Assembly: GCA_963740355.1 (NCBI GenBank)
Contig: CAVUDW010000003.1
Span: 1,184,001 to 1,248,000 of the forward strand
Direction: 5' to 3'
Origin: an uncultured Gemmatimonadaceae bacterium
Lineage (GTDB): Bacteria > Gemmatimonadota > Gemmatimonadetes > Gemmatimonadales > Gemmatimonadaceae
DNA: 64,000 bases
Shown here: positions 48,867 through 59,657 of the stretch, piece by piece
How the letters are laid out: every line of letters begins with the position of its first letter
Position numbering within the stretch: the first letter of the stretch is position 1
The notes under the pieces: generated by a model
Seen by the model: the letters and a program-made list of their open reading frames with translations, nothing else
What the model was told of the DNA's origin: nothing
Databases searched by the model: none
Translations under genes and position numbers: made by a program

Positions 48867-51392
48867 ATGCCTATTTCGCCAGCGGGCGATCGCTTGTCGC
48901 ATGAGACACTCAGAAAGATTTTCGGTTTTGCCGCCACGTCGCTGGTCTTTCTGCTGTGCGTCTGGGTGGTCGATCGCAACACGCAGCGGTTGCATGCGTC
49001 CAGCCAGACAGTGGCGCACTCGTACCAGGTCGGCAACGCGCTCGAGTCGATGCTCTCGACGCTCAAGGATGCGGAATCGGCGCAGCGCGGGTACACCATC
49101 ACGGGTGATGAAGCGTTTCTGCAGCCGTATGCGGCGGCGACGATTCGTGTGTGGCGCAATTTCGAGTCGCTGCAGACGCTCACCGCCGACAACTCGGTTC
49201 AGCAGGCACGCCTGGTGGACGTGCGCACGCGACTGGTCACGAAGCTGGCGGAGATGGACAGCGTCGTTCGCGTGCGGCGCGTGAATCCGGATGAGGCCAG
49301 CGCGCTGGTGCGAAGCGGCCGCGGGAAGCGTTTCATGGATTCGCTGACCGCCACCGTGGCGACGATGCAGAAGGAAGAACAGCGACTGATGGCGCTGCGC
49401 ACCGAGCAGAACGACGGTGTCGTGCGACAATCCGCCATGGTCGCGATCCTCGCGGGGCTGTTGAGCGTCGGCATCGTCGTGCTGCTCTACCGCTTCGTGC
49501 GCCGAAGTGAGCGGCTGCAAGAACAATCAGCGGAGACGATTGCCGCGCAGCGCGAACAGCTGCAGATCACATTGACGAGTATCGGCGACGGCGTCATCGC
49601 CACGGATGCCCAAGGGAATGTCACGTACCTGAACGCCGTGGCGCAGGAACTGACCGGCTGGACGACCGAGACCGCGGCCGGCAAGCCGTTGACGGAAATC
49701 TTCTCGATCGTCAACGAATCGACGAGGCTTCCGGTAGAGAATCCCGCGCTGCGTGCGCTCCGCGAGGGGCGCATCGTGGGGTTGGCCAACCATACGATCC
49801 TCCTCTCGCGCGACGGCGCAGAACGCCCGATCGATGATTCGGCCGCGCCGATCCGTGCGAAGGACGGCAGCATCACTGGCTGTGTGCTGGTCTTCCGCGA
49901 CATCAGCGATCGTTACGCTGCCGAACGCCGGGAACGGGAAGCGCAACAGGAGATGGCCGCGACACTGGAAAGCATCACCGATGCCTTCCTGCGGATCGAC
50001 GGCGATTGGCGTGTCCGGTACCTGAACGCCGAGGCTGAACGTCTCACGCGCCTGCCGGCGAGCGATACGCTGGGCGAACCGTTCTGGGAGCTGTTCCCCG
50101 ACCTCAAGCACACACCGCTGGAAAAGAACCTGCGAGAGTGTGCCGCCAGCGGAGCGGCTCGAGACTTCGAGCACCACAGCGAACGCTGGGATCGCTGGTA
50201 TGCGGTGCGGTGCTACCCGGGGCGCAACGGCGGCGTCAGCATGCACTTGCGCGACACCACTGCGGCGCGACGCGCAACCCAGGCGCTACGGGCGAGTGAA
50301 GATGACCTGGACTTTGCGCTGGCGTCTGCCGATCTCGGGCACTGGTCGTTCAATCTTCGCGATGGATCGTCACGTCGGACGCCACGGCACGACGAGATCT
50401 TCGGTTTCGATGCGCAGCGCGACTGGACGTACGAGGTCTTCCTCGAGCATGTCCATCCGACCGAACGTGACGCCGTCGACCGCGCGTTTCAGCAGGCGGT
50501 CGCCACTGACGGCATCTGGGACATCCAGTGCACGATCCGCCGCGGCGATGGCGTGGAACGACAGATCTGGAAGACGGCGCGGATCAAGCGCGGGAGCGAT
50601 GGCAGGATCGAGAAGATGCTCGGCATCGTTGGTGACGTAACAGAGCAGCGTCAGGTCGAGACGGAGCGAACACGTGCCGAACTCGCGCTACGCGACGCCG
50701 ACCGCCGGAAGGACGAGTTTCTCGCCACGCTGGCTCATGAGCTGCGCAATCCGCTGGCCCCGATTCGCAATGGTCTCGAAATCATCCGGATCGCTGGGGA
50801 AAATCCGACCATCGTGGAGCGGACACGCGTCATGATGGATCGCCAGATGAATCAGATGGTTCGGCTGGTGGACGACCTGCTGGATGTGAGTCGTGTCACC
50901 AGCGGCAAGCTCGAGCTGCAGCGCGAGCGATTCGAGATGCACCTGATGGTCGACATCGCCATCGAGACATCGCGCCCGTTGATCGATGCGGCCGGGCTGA
51001 CGCTCTCCGTGCTGATGTCGAACGAGCCGATCATCATGCAGGGCGATGTGACACGCCTCGCACAGGTCATCTCCAACCTGCTCTCGAACTCGTCCCGCTA
51101 CACGCCACGCGGCGGCAGGATCGTCTTGCGCGTCGAGCGCGAGCCGGGCGTGGTCGTCGTCTCGGTGACGGACGACGGCATCGGCATTCCGCAGCCGATG
51201 CTGGAAAGCATCTTCGGCATGTTCACGCAGGTCGACCGACGCCTCGAGAAGGTGTCCGGCGGCCTGGGACTCGGCCTGTCATTGGTGAAGGCAATCGTCG
51301 AAGGGCATGGAGGCACCGCCGAGGCACGCAGCGATGGCGAAGGCCACGGCAGCGAATTCGTGATCCGACTTCCATTGGAGTCGGGGGAATGA
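48867..51392 (+). CDS. CHASE3 multi-PAS sensor histidine kinase
   Basis: Start trimmed to MPISPA; TM-CHASE3 (DAESAQRGY)-TM, three PAS, FLATLAHELRNPL, HATPase. Confidence 0.92.
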   Translation: MPISPAGDRLSHETLRKIFGFAATSLVFLLCVWVVDRNTQRLHASSQTVAHSYQVGNALESMLSTLKDAESAQRGYTITGDEAFLQPYAAATIRVWRNFESLQTLTADNSVQQARLVDVRTRLVTKLAEMDSVVRVRRVNPDEASALVRSGRGKRFMDSLTATVATMQKEEQRLMALRTEQNDGVVRQSAMVAILAGLLSVGIVVLLYRFVRRSERLQEQSAETIAAQREQLQITLTSIGDGVIATDAQGNVTYLNAVAQELTGWTTETAAGKPLTEIFSIVNESTRLPVENPALRALREGRIVGLANHTILLSRDGAERPIDDSAAPIRAKDGSITGCVLVFRDISDRYAAERREREAQQEMAATLESITDAFLRIDGDWRVRYLNAEAERLTRLPASDTLGEPFWELFPDLKHTPLEKNLRECAASGAARDFEHHSERWDRWYAVRCYPGRNGGVSMHLRDTTAARRATQALRASEDDLDFALASADLGHWSFNLRDGSSRRTPRHDEIFGFDAQRDWTYEVFLEHVHPTERDAVDRAFQQAVATDGIWDIQCTIRRGDGVERQIWKTARIKRGSDGRIEKMLGIVGDVTEQRQVETERTRAELALRDADRRKDEFLATLAHELRNPLAPIRNGLEIIRIAGENPTIVERTRVMMDRQMNQMVRLVDDLLDVSRVTSGKLELQRERFEMHLMVDIAIETSRPLIDAAGLTLSVLMSNEPIIMQGDVTRLAQVISNLLSNSSRYTPRGGRIVLRVEREPGVVVVSVTDDGIGIPQPMLESIFGMFTQVDRRLEKVSGGLGLGLSLVKAIVEGHGGTAEARSDGEGHGSEFVIRLPLESGE

Positions 51393-51443
51393 CGGTAACG
51401 CAGTGATGCCGTACCGTCACTCATCACCCATCGACGGCGTTCG

Positions 51444-52913
51444 CTACAGCATGTAGCGTCGCAGATCCTCATCCTGGCTCACCGACTCCAGGCGCGACCG
51501 GACCATCGCAGCGTCGACGACGATGCCCTCCTTGCCTGACTCGGGCAGGCCGAACAACAGTTCCTCGAGCAGCGTCGTCATCACAGTGTGCAGGCGGCGC
51601 GCCCCGATGTTCTCCATCCGCGCGTTGCAGATGGTGGCGACACGCGCGAGTTCCGCGATGCCGTCAGGTGCAAAGGTGAGCGTGGCGCCTTCCGACGAGA
51701 CGAGTGCAGCGTACTGACGCGTCAGCGCATGTTCCGGCTCCGTCATGATCCGAACGAAGTCCGACTCCGTCAACGGCAACAGTTCGACGCGGATCGGAAA
51801 GCGGCCCTGCAACTCGGGGATCAGATCACTTGGCTTCGACACATGGAACGCGCCGGCTGCGATGAAGAGCACGTGATCGGTCTTCACCATGCCGTACTTG
51901 GTCTGCACTGTCGATCCCTCGACGATCGGCAGCAGGTCGCGCTGCACACCCTCACGCGAGACATCGGGTCCGCCAGAACCGCCACGCTGCCCCGCGATCT
52001 TGTCGATCTCGTCGAGGAAGACGATGCCCGTCTCCTCGGTGCGCTCGATCGCCTCGGCGATGACCTCGTCGCGATCCAACATGCGATCGAATTCCTGCTG
52101 CAGCAACACACGGCGCGCCTCGGCCACCGACATGCTCCGCTTGCGCGTGCGCTTCGGCATCAGGTCGGACATCATCTGCGTGAACTGCTCCATCCCTTCC
52201 TGCTGGCCCGGCTGGTTAACCATGCCGAACATCGGCGCCGCTGACACAGGCACGTCGAGATCGACGTTGCGCGTCTCGAGCTGCCCATCCCGGAGCAACG
52301 TGCGGAGCTTTTCGCGGGTGCGCTGATGGCGATCCTTCTCGGCATCGCTGATCGGTGCCGTCGTGGCTGCCCCCGACGCACCCACGAGAAAGATGTTCGG
52401 GGCCGGCTCGTCAGATCCGGGAGCATTGGGGGTCGACGTCGCGGAAGCATTGGCTGCTACGGGTGCCGGCAGCAACGCATCGAGCAACCGCTCCTCCACT
52501 CGCTCCCCTGCCTCGACCGTGATTTCCTGCTCACGTTCGCTGCGCACGAGGTCCATGGCGGCTTCGACGAGGTCGCGCACCATCGATTCGACATCGCGAC
52601 CGACGTAGCCCACTTCGGTGAACTTCGATGCCTCGACCTTTACGAACGGCGCGGCGGCCAGTTTCGAGACACGGCGCGCGATTTCCGTCTTGCCGCAGCC
52701 GGTCGGACCGATGAGGATGATGTTGTTCGGCGAAATCTCGGTGCGGATCGCCTCGGCGGTGTGCTGCCGGCGCCAGCGATTGCGCAGTGCAATCGCCACC
52801 GCCTTCTTGGCGGCCGATTGCCCGATGATATAGCGATCCAGCTCGGCGACGATACGCGTCGGCGTCAGGTCGGCGAGGCGCGCGAGCGCCCGGGTTGTAC
52901 GCGGCGACGACAT
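51444..52913 (-). CDS. hslU: ATP-dependent protease ATPase subunit HslU
   Basis: GPTGCGKTE, TEVGYVG, FLDEIDK, NIGARRL. Confidence 0.97.
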   Translation of the reverse strand: MSSPRTTRALARLADLTPTRIVAELDRYIIGQSAAKKAVAIALRNRWRRQHTAEAIRTEISPNNIILIGPTGCGKTEIARRVSKLAAAPFVKVEASKFTEVGYVGRDVESMVRDLVEAAMDLVRSEREQEITVEAGERVEERLLDALLPAPVAANASATSTPNAPGSDEPAPNIFLVGASGAATTAPISDAEKDRHQRTREKLRTLLRDGQLETRNVDLDVPVSAAPMFGMVNQPGQQEGMEQFTQMMSDLMPKRTRKRSMSVAEARRVLLQQEFDRMLDRDEVIAEAIERTEETGIVFLDEIDKIAGQRGGSGGPDVSREGVQRDLLPIVEGSTVQTKYGMVKTDHVLFIAAGAFHVSKPSDLIPELQGRFPIRVELLPLTESDFVRIMTEPEHALTRQYAALVSSEGATLTFAPDGIAELARVATICNARMENIGARRLHTVMTTLLEELLFGLPESGKEGIVVDAAMVRSRLESVSQDEDLRRYML

Positions 52914-52916
52914 CGC

Positions 52917-53465
52917 TTAGGCGGTGGGTTCGAGGACGGTGATGTTCGTATTCGTGTAGACGCAGATCTCGCCGGCGATCTGCATGCCGTGCTGCACGAT
53001 CTCACGCGCACTCATCTCGGTGTGGCGCACCAGTGCGCGTGCGGCCGAGAGTGCGTAGATGCCGCCGGAGCCGATGGCCATGATGCCGTCGTCGGACTCG
53101 ATCACGTCACCATTGCCACTGATGGTGAAGAGTGTGTCCCTGTCACCGACGATGAGTAGCGCCTCGAGGCGACGGAGGACGCGATCACTGCGCCAATCCT
53201 TGGCCAGCTCGACCACTGCCTTGGGCAGGTTCTCGCCGTAGCGCTCGAGTTTCTCCTCGAACTTCTCGAACAGTGTGAACGCATCGGCCGCGGCGCCCGC
53301 AAAGCCGGCCACGAGTTTGCCGTTGCCGAGTCGCCGCACCTTCTTGGCGGTCGCCTTGGCCACGGTCTGTCCCATCGACACCTGGCCATCGCCGCCAATG
53401 GCGATTTCGCCATTGCGCCGGACGGCGAGGATGGTCGTAGCGTGAAACACGGTTGAATCAGTCAT
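52917..53465 (-). CDS. hslV: ATP-dependent protease subunit HslV
   Basis: [26 protein letters not shown]. Confidence 0.97.
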   Translation of the reverse strand: MTDSTVFHATTILAVRRNGEIAIGGDGQVSMGQTVAKATAKKVRRLGNGKLVAGFAGAAADAFTLFEKFEEKLERYGENLPKAVVELAKDWRSDRVLRRLEALLIVGDRDTLFTISGNGDVIESDDGIMAIGSGGIYALSAARALVRHTEMSAREIVQHGMQIAGEICVYTNTNITVLEPTA

Positions 53466-53531
53466 ACCGGAATTTCAGGTGAAGTCGAACAGCGGTCAGG
53501 CGGAGCGTGCGAACCCATGCGTGCCGAGGCG

Positions 53532-54518
53532 TCAGGCACGCGGGTGCGCCTTCGCGTAGGCCGCCTTCAGCCGCTCGACGCTGGTGTGCGTGTAGATCTG
53601 CGTGGTACTGACACTGGCGTGGCCCAGCAGTTCCTGCACCGCCCGCAACTCGGCACCGGCATCGAGCAGGTGGGTGGCGAAGGTATGGCGCAGGGCATGC
53701 ACACTGGCACCGTCCGGCGCGTCGACCAGCGACAGCAGCCCCGTCATCGCGAGCTGGATGCCGCGGCGCGACAGCCGCCGCCCGCGCGGATTGAGGAACC
53801 AGGCGCTGCGATCAGCCTTCGGCCCCACCATGCGGACGAGTTCCTCGCGGCGCGACTCGTAGTTGATGTTCGCGAGGCGCGCCGGTCCGCCGAATGGAAT
53901 GATCCGCTCCTTCCGACCCTTGCCGCGCACCTTGGCCCGCAGCGACACGAGGTCGATGTCCTCCCGGTTCAGCCCGTGTAGTTCCGAGAGACGCATACCG
54001 GTGGCGTAGAACAGCTCGAGCATCGCAAGGTTGCGCACGTCGGCATAGGCGCCACCCTGCGCTCGCGTCGAAGCCGCATCCATCAACGTCTGCATCGTGC
54101 CGCTGTCGAGATGCGCCGGCAGGTGGCGCCCGATCTTCGGCGTGCGCACACTGCGCGCGGGGTTGGCCGAGACGTGCTCGTCGCGATGCAGGTACCGATA
54201 GAATCCGCGCACGGCCGAGAGGGTGCGGGCAATCGACCGTCGCTCGAGCCCCTGGCGCGAGAGGTAGCCGAGGAAGCTGCGGATCGTGTTGCGATCGACG
54301 GTACCCCAGTCCCACTTCGCGCCCTGCGCCTTCGCGCCAAGAAAAGTAACGAAGCGCGACAAATCAGAGGTGTACGCCGTGATGGTGTGCGACGACATCT
54401 GCTTCTCCTTCTCCAGATACCGCAGCCACTCGGCGACCAGCGCCGGTGTCACGACCGCCTCCGGTTCAGCCTTGGTCTCGTCGGCAACGTCCGCCTGCAC
54501 CGCCGCCTTTCGCGCCAT
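53532..54518 (-). CDS. xerC: Tyrosine recombinase XerC
   Basis: Start trimmed to MARKAA; GMRLSE, GKGRKER, HALRHTFATH, LLGHASVSTTQIYTH; topA-trmFO-xerC-hslVU synteny. Confidence 0.88.
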   Translation of the reverse strand: MARKAAVQADVADETKAEPEAVVTPALVAEWLRYLEKEKQMSSHTITAYTSDLSRFVTFLGAKAQGAKWDWGTVDRNTIRSFLGYLSRQGLERRSIARTLSAVRGFYRYLHRDEHVSANPARSVRTPKIGRHLPAHLDSGTMQTLMDAASTRAQGGAYADVRNLAMLELFYATGMRLSELHGLNREDIDLVSLRAKVRGKGRKERIIPFGGPARLANINYESRREELVRMVGPKADRSAWFLNPRGRRLSRRGIQLAMTGLLSLVDAPDGASVHALRHTFATHLLDAGAELRAVQELLGHASVSTTQIYTHTSVERLKAAYAKAHPRA

Positions 54519-55858
54519 CAGACCGTCAGGCCCGCGAGCGAGACACTGCTGGTCCAAGCCGCGAAATCGACCAGCGCACGATCGGCCATCGCCTGCTTGC
54601 GCTCCATCTTGTCACGCGGCGGGTTGGGCAGGTCATCCACCAGGCCGTAGTTCGCGTTCATCGGCTGGAAGTGCTTCGGGTCGGCCTCGCGCAGATAGCG
54701 GTACAGCGCACCAATCATCGTGGTGGGCGGCGGAATGACGGGCGCTTCGCCGCGCAGCATCCGCGAGAGATTGATGCCCGCCATCAGGCCAGTGGCACTG
54801 CTCTCGGTGTACCCCTCGACGCCGGTGAGCTGGCCGGCAAACATCGTCATCGGCGCGTCGCGCAGCGACAGGTGCGGCGAGAGCGTGGCCGGCGCGTTGA
54901 GATACGAGTTGCGATGGATGCTGCCGTAGCGCAGGAACTCGGCGTCGGCCAGCCCCGGGATCATGCGGAAGACACGCTGCTGCTCGCCGATCCGCAGCCG
55001 CGTTTGGAAGCCGACCAGGTTCCACATCCGCCCCGCGCGATCTTCCTGCCGCAACTGCAGCACGGCCCACGGTCGCTTGCCGGTGCGCGGGTCGCGCAGT
55101 CCGATCGGCTTCATCGGCCCGAAGCGCAGCGTCTCACGCCCACGCTTCACCATCTCTTCGGCAGGCATGCAGCCCTCGAAGTACGGCACGGCGTCGAACT
55201 CGTGCGCTGTGAACTGGTCGCCAGCCGCGAGTGCGTCGATGAAGGCTTCGTATTCGTCCTTGTTGAACGGCGCGTTGAGGTACGCCCCTTCTTCCGCCGC
55301 GCCTTCCATCGTCTCCTTGTTCCAGCGACTGGCGCGGAACAGGAGCGAATGATCGAGCGACTCGTAACTCACCACCGGCGCGATCGAGTCGTAGAACGCC
55401 AGCGACTCGATCCCGAGCCGAGTGCGAATCGACTCGGCGAGGACATCGGAGGTGAGTGGGCCGGTGGCGACGATCCCGACCTCCGGCAACTCACTCACTT
55501 CTTCGCGCACGACCGTGATGTTGGCGTGCTCGCGGACGCGCGCATCGAGGGCCGCGGCAAAGATCTCGCGATCGACGGCCAGCGCCGAACCACCCGGCAC
55601 ACGTGCCTGATCCGCAGCCCAGAGCACCACGCTGCCAAGCTGCCGCATCTCGGCCTTCAGCAGCCCGTGCGCGTTCGCGACTTCGGTGCTCTTGAAGGTG
55701 TTGGAGCACACCAGCTCACCAAGACGATCGGTCTTGTGCGCGGCCGTTCCTCGCACGGGACGCATCTCGTGCAACACCACCGTGTGCCCACGCTCGGCGA
55801 GCTGGAACGCGGCTTCACTGCCGGCCAGCCCACCACCCACGATATGAATTTCCTTCAC
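54518..55858 (-). CDS. trmFO: Methylenetetrahydrofolate--tRNA-(uracil-5-)-methyltransferase
   Basis: GGGLAGSEAA, ELVCSN, FGPMKPIGL, GQLTGVEGY. Confidence 0.97.
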   Translation of the reverse strand: MKEIHIVGGGLAGSEAAFQLAERGHTVVLHEMRPVRGTAAHKTDRLGELVCSNTFKSTEVANAHGLLKAEMRQLGSVVLWAADQARVPGGSALAVDREIFAAALDARVREHANITVVREEVSELPEVGIVATGPLTSDVLAESIRTRLGIESLAFYDSIAPVVSYESLDHSLLFRASRWNKETMEGAAEEGAYLNAPFNKDEYEAFIDALAAGDQFTAHEFDAVPYFEGCMPAEEMVKRGRETLRFGPMKPIGLRDPRTGKRPWAVLQLRQEDRAGRMWNLVGFQTRLRIGEQQRVFRMIPGLADAEFLRYGSIHRNSYLNAPATLSPHLSLRDAPMTMFAGQLTGVEGYTESSATGLMAGINLSRMLRGEAPVIPPPTTMIGALYRYLREADPKHFQPMNANYGLVDDLPNPPRDKMERKQAMADRALVDFAAWTSSVSLAGLTV

Positions 55859-55860
55859 GG

Positions 55861-58650
55861 TCAGCCCTTGGCGCGAGCCGTCTTCTTGCGAGCGGGCTTC
55901 TTCTTCACGATCGGCTTGCCAGCCTTTGCCTCCAGCAGTTGCACTGCCTGCGCCATCGTCACCGACTCCGGCTTCACATCGTTTGGCAACGTCGCGCGAA
56001 TCGGTTTCGCCTTGCGATCGCTGGTGTTCGGGCCAAGCTGGACATACGGTCCGTACCGACCGTCGAACACCAGCACGGCGCGACCATCTTCCGGATGCGC
56101 GCCAAGCTCACGCAATGGCGTGACCACGCTGCTCGATGCACCGCGTCGTCCCTTCGGTTGTGCGAAGAGTTCGAGCGCGCGCGGCAGTGCGATCGTCAGG
56201 ACGTCGTCAGTGGCCGGGATGCTGCGGTACTCATCCTTGCCACCCTCGCCGCCCTTCACATGCACCACGAATGGCCCAAAACGCCCGAGACTAGCGCGGA
56301 TCGCATGGCCAGTTTCAGGATGTGTGCCGAGTTGGCGCGGCAGCGAGATCAGGCCCTTTGCAATCTCGAGCGTGATGTTCTCTGGCGTGACACCCTTCGG
56401 CAGCGAGGTGCGCTTGGGCTTCACCTTGCTGCCTTCCACCACATCACCGAGCTGCACGTACGGGCCGTATTCACCACGCATCATGTAGATCGGCACGCCA
56501 TCATCGTCGGTGCCGATGACTGGAGGCCCTTCCTGACGCGTGCGCAGCAGTTCCTGCACGAGATCGTCGGTGAGATCGCCCGGCGCCATGTCGCTCGGCA
56601 ATGATGCCCGCAACGGTGTGCCGTCTTCCATCACTTCGACGTACGGGCCATACCGACCGATGCGGATCTCGGCGTTCACCCCTTCGAGCACAACACGACG
56701 CGCACCACCGGCTTCCTTCTTCAGGTCCGACGCACTCTGTTCGACCATCGGCTTCAAGCCAGGATGCTGCTTGTCGCCGAAGAAGAACTGCTTCAGGTAC
56801 GACAGCTGGTCCTGCTCGCCGCGAGCAATCTCGTCGAGCTGGTCTTCCATCTTGGCCGTGAACTGCGTGTCGACGAGTGAAGTGATCCGCTCCTCGAGCA
56901 ACGCCGTGACCGCGAAGGCGGTAAAGGTCGGCACCAACGCCTTGCCATCCTGCCGCACGTAGCCGCGCGCCTGGATGGTGTCCATGATGGAGGCGTAGGT
57001 GCTTGGGCGACCGATGCCCAGTTCCTCGAGTGCCTTCACCAACGACGCTTCGGTATAACGCGCCGGCGGCTGCGTTTCGTGCTTCACCGCATCCAGTGCG
57101 CGACAATCCGGCGTGTCACCGACCACCAACGCCGGCAACACGACTTCCTTGTCGTCCAGCGCCGCCTCGGGATCGTCCGACCCCTCGACATAGGCGCGAA
57201 TGAAGCCCGCGAAATCAATGCGCTTGCCGCTGGCGCGGAATTCCGCGTTGTCGGCCGCGATGGTGACCACCATGCGCGTCTGCTTCGAGTCCGGCATCTG
57301 GCTGGCGACGGTACGCTTCCAGATCAGGTCATACAGGCGCAGCTCGCGACCGCTCAAGCCAGTTTCGTCAGGCGACTTGAACCGCTCGCCCGACGGACGA
57401 ATCGCCTCGTGCGCTTCCTGCGCGTTGGCCGACTTGTTGGCGTAGTAACGCGGCTTCTCCGGCACGTACTCGGCGCCGAACTCGCGTGCACAGGCGCGTG
57501 CGGCATCGATCGCCTGTGCGGAGAGCGACACGGAGTCGGTACGCATGTAGGTGATGAAGCCGCGCTCGTACAGGTCCTGCGCCACGCGCATCGCTTCTCG
57601 CGCGCCAAGTCCCAGCTTGCGGTTCGCTTCCTGTTGCAGCGTCGAGGTCGTGAACGGCGGCGACGGGCGGGTGGTGAACGGCTCTTCGGTGCGGTCGGTG
57701 ACCTTCCACGTCGCGCCCTTCAGTCGAGCGACCAGCGCCGTGCCCGCCGCTTCGTCCAGCAGCACCAGGTCGCGCGGCGATGCGCCTTCGGCACCGGTCA
57801 AGCGACCGGTGGTCTTGTCGAAGTCACGGCCGGTCGCGATGCGCTTGCCACCGACGGCGACGAGCTTGGCTTCGAACTGCGCGTCGAGATGCGCCAACTG
57901 CGCCACCAGATCCCACCAGGTGCCACTGCGGAAGGCGCGGCGTTCGCGCTCACGCACCACCACCAGCTTCACCGCAACGCTCTGCACGCGGCCCGCTGAG
58001 AGACGCGGCGCGACGGTCGTCCAGAGCAACGGCGACACGGTGTAGCCGGTGAGGCGATCGATGATGCGACGGGCTTCCTGCGCCTTGACGAGGTTCTCGT
58101 CCACATCGCGCGTTTCATCGAGGGCACGCAGAATCGCGCGCTCGGTGATTTCGTGGAACACCATGCGCCGGACCGGCACCTTCGGCTTCAATTCCTGCAG
58201 CAGGTGCCAGGAGATGCTTTCACCTTCGCGGTCTTCGTCGGTCGCGAGGTAGAGGCGGTCGACGTCCTTGAGGGCAGTGCGGATCTCGGTCAGCACCTTT
58301 CGTGAGCCACCGGGCACGACGTAGAGCGGCGCGAAGTCGTTGTCGACGTCGACGCCGATGCGGGCCCAGGCGTCCTTCTTGTACTTCTCCGGGATTTCGC
58401 TCGCGTTCTGCGGCAGGTCGCGCACATGCCCAACCGAGGCCAGCACCTTGTAGCCCGCCGGCAGGAATCGACTGATCGTGCGCGCCTTGGTCGGCGATTC
58501 CACGATCACGAGGGTGCGCCCGCTGCCACTGTCGCCACCAGCGCTGCGGCCCGTGGGCGCGCGCTTGGTGGCGGTCTTGGTCGCGGTCTTGGTCGCCGTC
58601 TTTTTCGCCGCGGTCTTCCGGGCGGGAGTCTTCCGAGTCGAACCAGCCAT
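55861..58650 (-). CDS. topA: DNA topoisomerase I
   Basis: IVESPTKA, ATDEDREGE, SAGRVQS, ITYMRTD, AHEAIRP, C-terminal GRYGPY repeats. Confidence 0.98.
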   Translation of the reverse strand: MAGSTRKTPARKTAAKKTATKTATKTATKRAPTGRSAGGDSGSGRTLVIVESPTKARTISRFLPAGYKVLASVGHVRDLPQNASEIPEKYKKDAWARIGVDVDNDFAPLYVVPGGSRKVLTEIRTALKDVDRLYLATDEDREGESISWHLLQELKPKVPVRRMVFHEITERAILRALDETRDVDENLVKAQEARRIIDRLTGYTVSPLLWTTVAPRLSAGRVQSVAVKLVVVRERERRAFRSGTWWDLVAQLAHLDAQFEAKLVAVGGKRIATGRDFDKTTGRLTGAEGASPRDLVLLDEAAGTALVARLKGATWKVTDRTEEPFTTRPSPPFTTSTLQQEANRKLGLGAREAMRVAQDLYERGFITYMRTDSVSLSAQAIDAARACAREFGAEYVPEKPRYYANKSANAQEAHEAIRPSGERFKSPDETGLSGRELRLYDLIWKRTVASQMPDSKQTRMVVTIAADNAEFRASGKRIDFAGFIRAYVEGSDDPEAALDDKEVVLPALVVGDTPDCRALDAVKHETQPPARYTEASLVKALEELGIGRPSTYASIMDTIQARGYVRQDGKALVPTFTAFAVTALLEERITSLVDTQFTAKMEDQLDEIARGEQDQLSYLKQFFFGDKQHPGLKPMVEQSASDLKKEAGGARRVVLEGVNAEIRIGRYGPYVEVMEDGTPLRASLPSDMAPGDLTDDLVQELLRTRQEGPPVIGTDDDGVPIYMMRGEYGPYVQLGDVVEGSKVKPKRTSLPKGVTPENITLEIAKGLISLPRQLGTHPETGHAIRASLGRFGPFVVHVKGGEGGKDEYRSIPATDDVLTIALPRALELFAQPKGRRGASSSVVTPLRELGAHPEDGRAVLVFDGRYGPYVQLGPNTSDRKAKPIRATLPNDVKPESVTMAQAVQLLEAKAGKPIVKKKPARKKTARAKG

Positions 58651-58708
58651 CAGGGTCGGTGCAATAGCAGGAGAGTGGCAAGCGCCTGCACGACGCTCGC
58701 ACGAACAG

Positions 58709-58945
58709 TCAGTGGATGGTCATCGGCTCCGGACCGGAACCATGATCCTCCAGTCCAGCGCCTTCCAGCAGGGTGCGAACGTCATCCAGCGCAATGCGCC
58801 CATCGATATGCGCCAGCGCCCGATCGATCACCTGCTCCAACTCGGCCGGACTGAGAAAGCCGGCACCGGTGAGCGAGAGCAGATGCCCCCACGCCTCGGT
58901 CGAAAACCGGCCCCGCTCGTGCGGACCCAATACGCGAAAACCCAT
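58709..58945 (-). CDS. Short DUF494/Smg-like protein
   Basis: Start trimmed to MGFRVL; FRVLGPHERGRFSTEAWGHLL..ELEQVIDRAL resembles the Smg C-terminal half; directly upstream of topA. Confidence 0.7.
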   Translation of the reverse strand: MGFRVLGPHERGRFSTEAWGHLLSLTGAGFLSPAELEQVIDRALAHIDGRIALDDVRTLLEGAGLEDHGSGPEPMTIH

Positions 58946-59102
58946 GCTACGCTCCCCGCGGTGTGACGAGGCGAGTGTCGGCGTGCCCGGATGGGACCAG
59001 CCACTCCGGCATACTATAACGTCTTGTGGCGGGCAGGCCGCCGATGGCGGTGCGGCCCTCCCGGCCTCGTCCGTGTACCCCGAAGGGACAGGGAGGGCGA
59101 AC

Positions 59103-59657
59103 CTATCCCCGGGTCGGCAGGGGGGCAAGCGCGGCGATCGCGTCCACAACCTCTTGCCAGTCAAGGACTTCCGTGTCGATGACGGCGTCAGCCGTGGCAT
59201 AACGCTGAGCCCGTCGCTCCAGCAGACGCTGCAGATTTTCGATCGGATTCCCCTTCGCCAGCAACGGACGGAGCCGGATCCGCGCCCCCATTCGCTGCAC
59301 CGCCACCCGGGGCGAGACCTGCAGCCAGACGATCATGGCGGCGGGTTTGACGAGCTCGACATTGGCAGGGTCCATCATCCATCCACCACCCGGCGCGACG
59401 ACGCTGGCGGGCTCGATGGCGAGCGAGGCAGTCGCCTTCCGCTCCAGTTCGCGGAACGCAGGCTCACCCGACTGCCGAAAGATCTGGGCGATGGAGCGAC
59501 CCTCGAGCATCGCGATCCGCCGGTCGAGGTCGATGAAGGGTCGCTTGAGCTGCTTCGCCGCTCGCCGGCCATGCGTCGACTTGCCAGCGCCTGGCAGGCC
59601 GATCAGGACGAGATGTGCGGGCAGGGTGTAGCCGTCGTCGCGCGCCGCGCCGCTCAC
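59103..59657 (-). CDS. aroK: Shikimate kinase
   Basis: GLPGAGKST, FIDLD, GEPAFRELE, PGGG, RPLL. Confidence 0.95.
   Translation of the reverse strand: MSGAARDDGYTLPAHLVLIGLPGAGKSTHGRRAAKQLKRPFIDLDRRIAMLEGRSIAQIFRQSGEPAFRELERKATASLAIEPASVVAPGGGWMMDPANVELVKPAAMIVWLQVSPRVAVQRMGARIRLRPLLAKGNPIENLQRLLERRAQRYATADAVIDTEVLDWQEVVDAIAALAPLPTRG

Noticed and set aside
53532..54518. Phage or island integrase
   Set aside because: Sits in the topA-trmFO-xerC-hslVU housekeeping context with no att sites or cargo
54446..56488. 680-aa + strand ORF
   Set aside because: Shadow of trmFO/topA with no recognisable motifs
58560..58635. 12-bp repeats at the topA 5' end
   Set aside because: Encode a Lys/Thr/Ala-rich basic tail; ordinary low complexity
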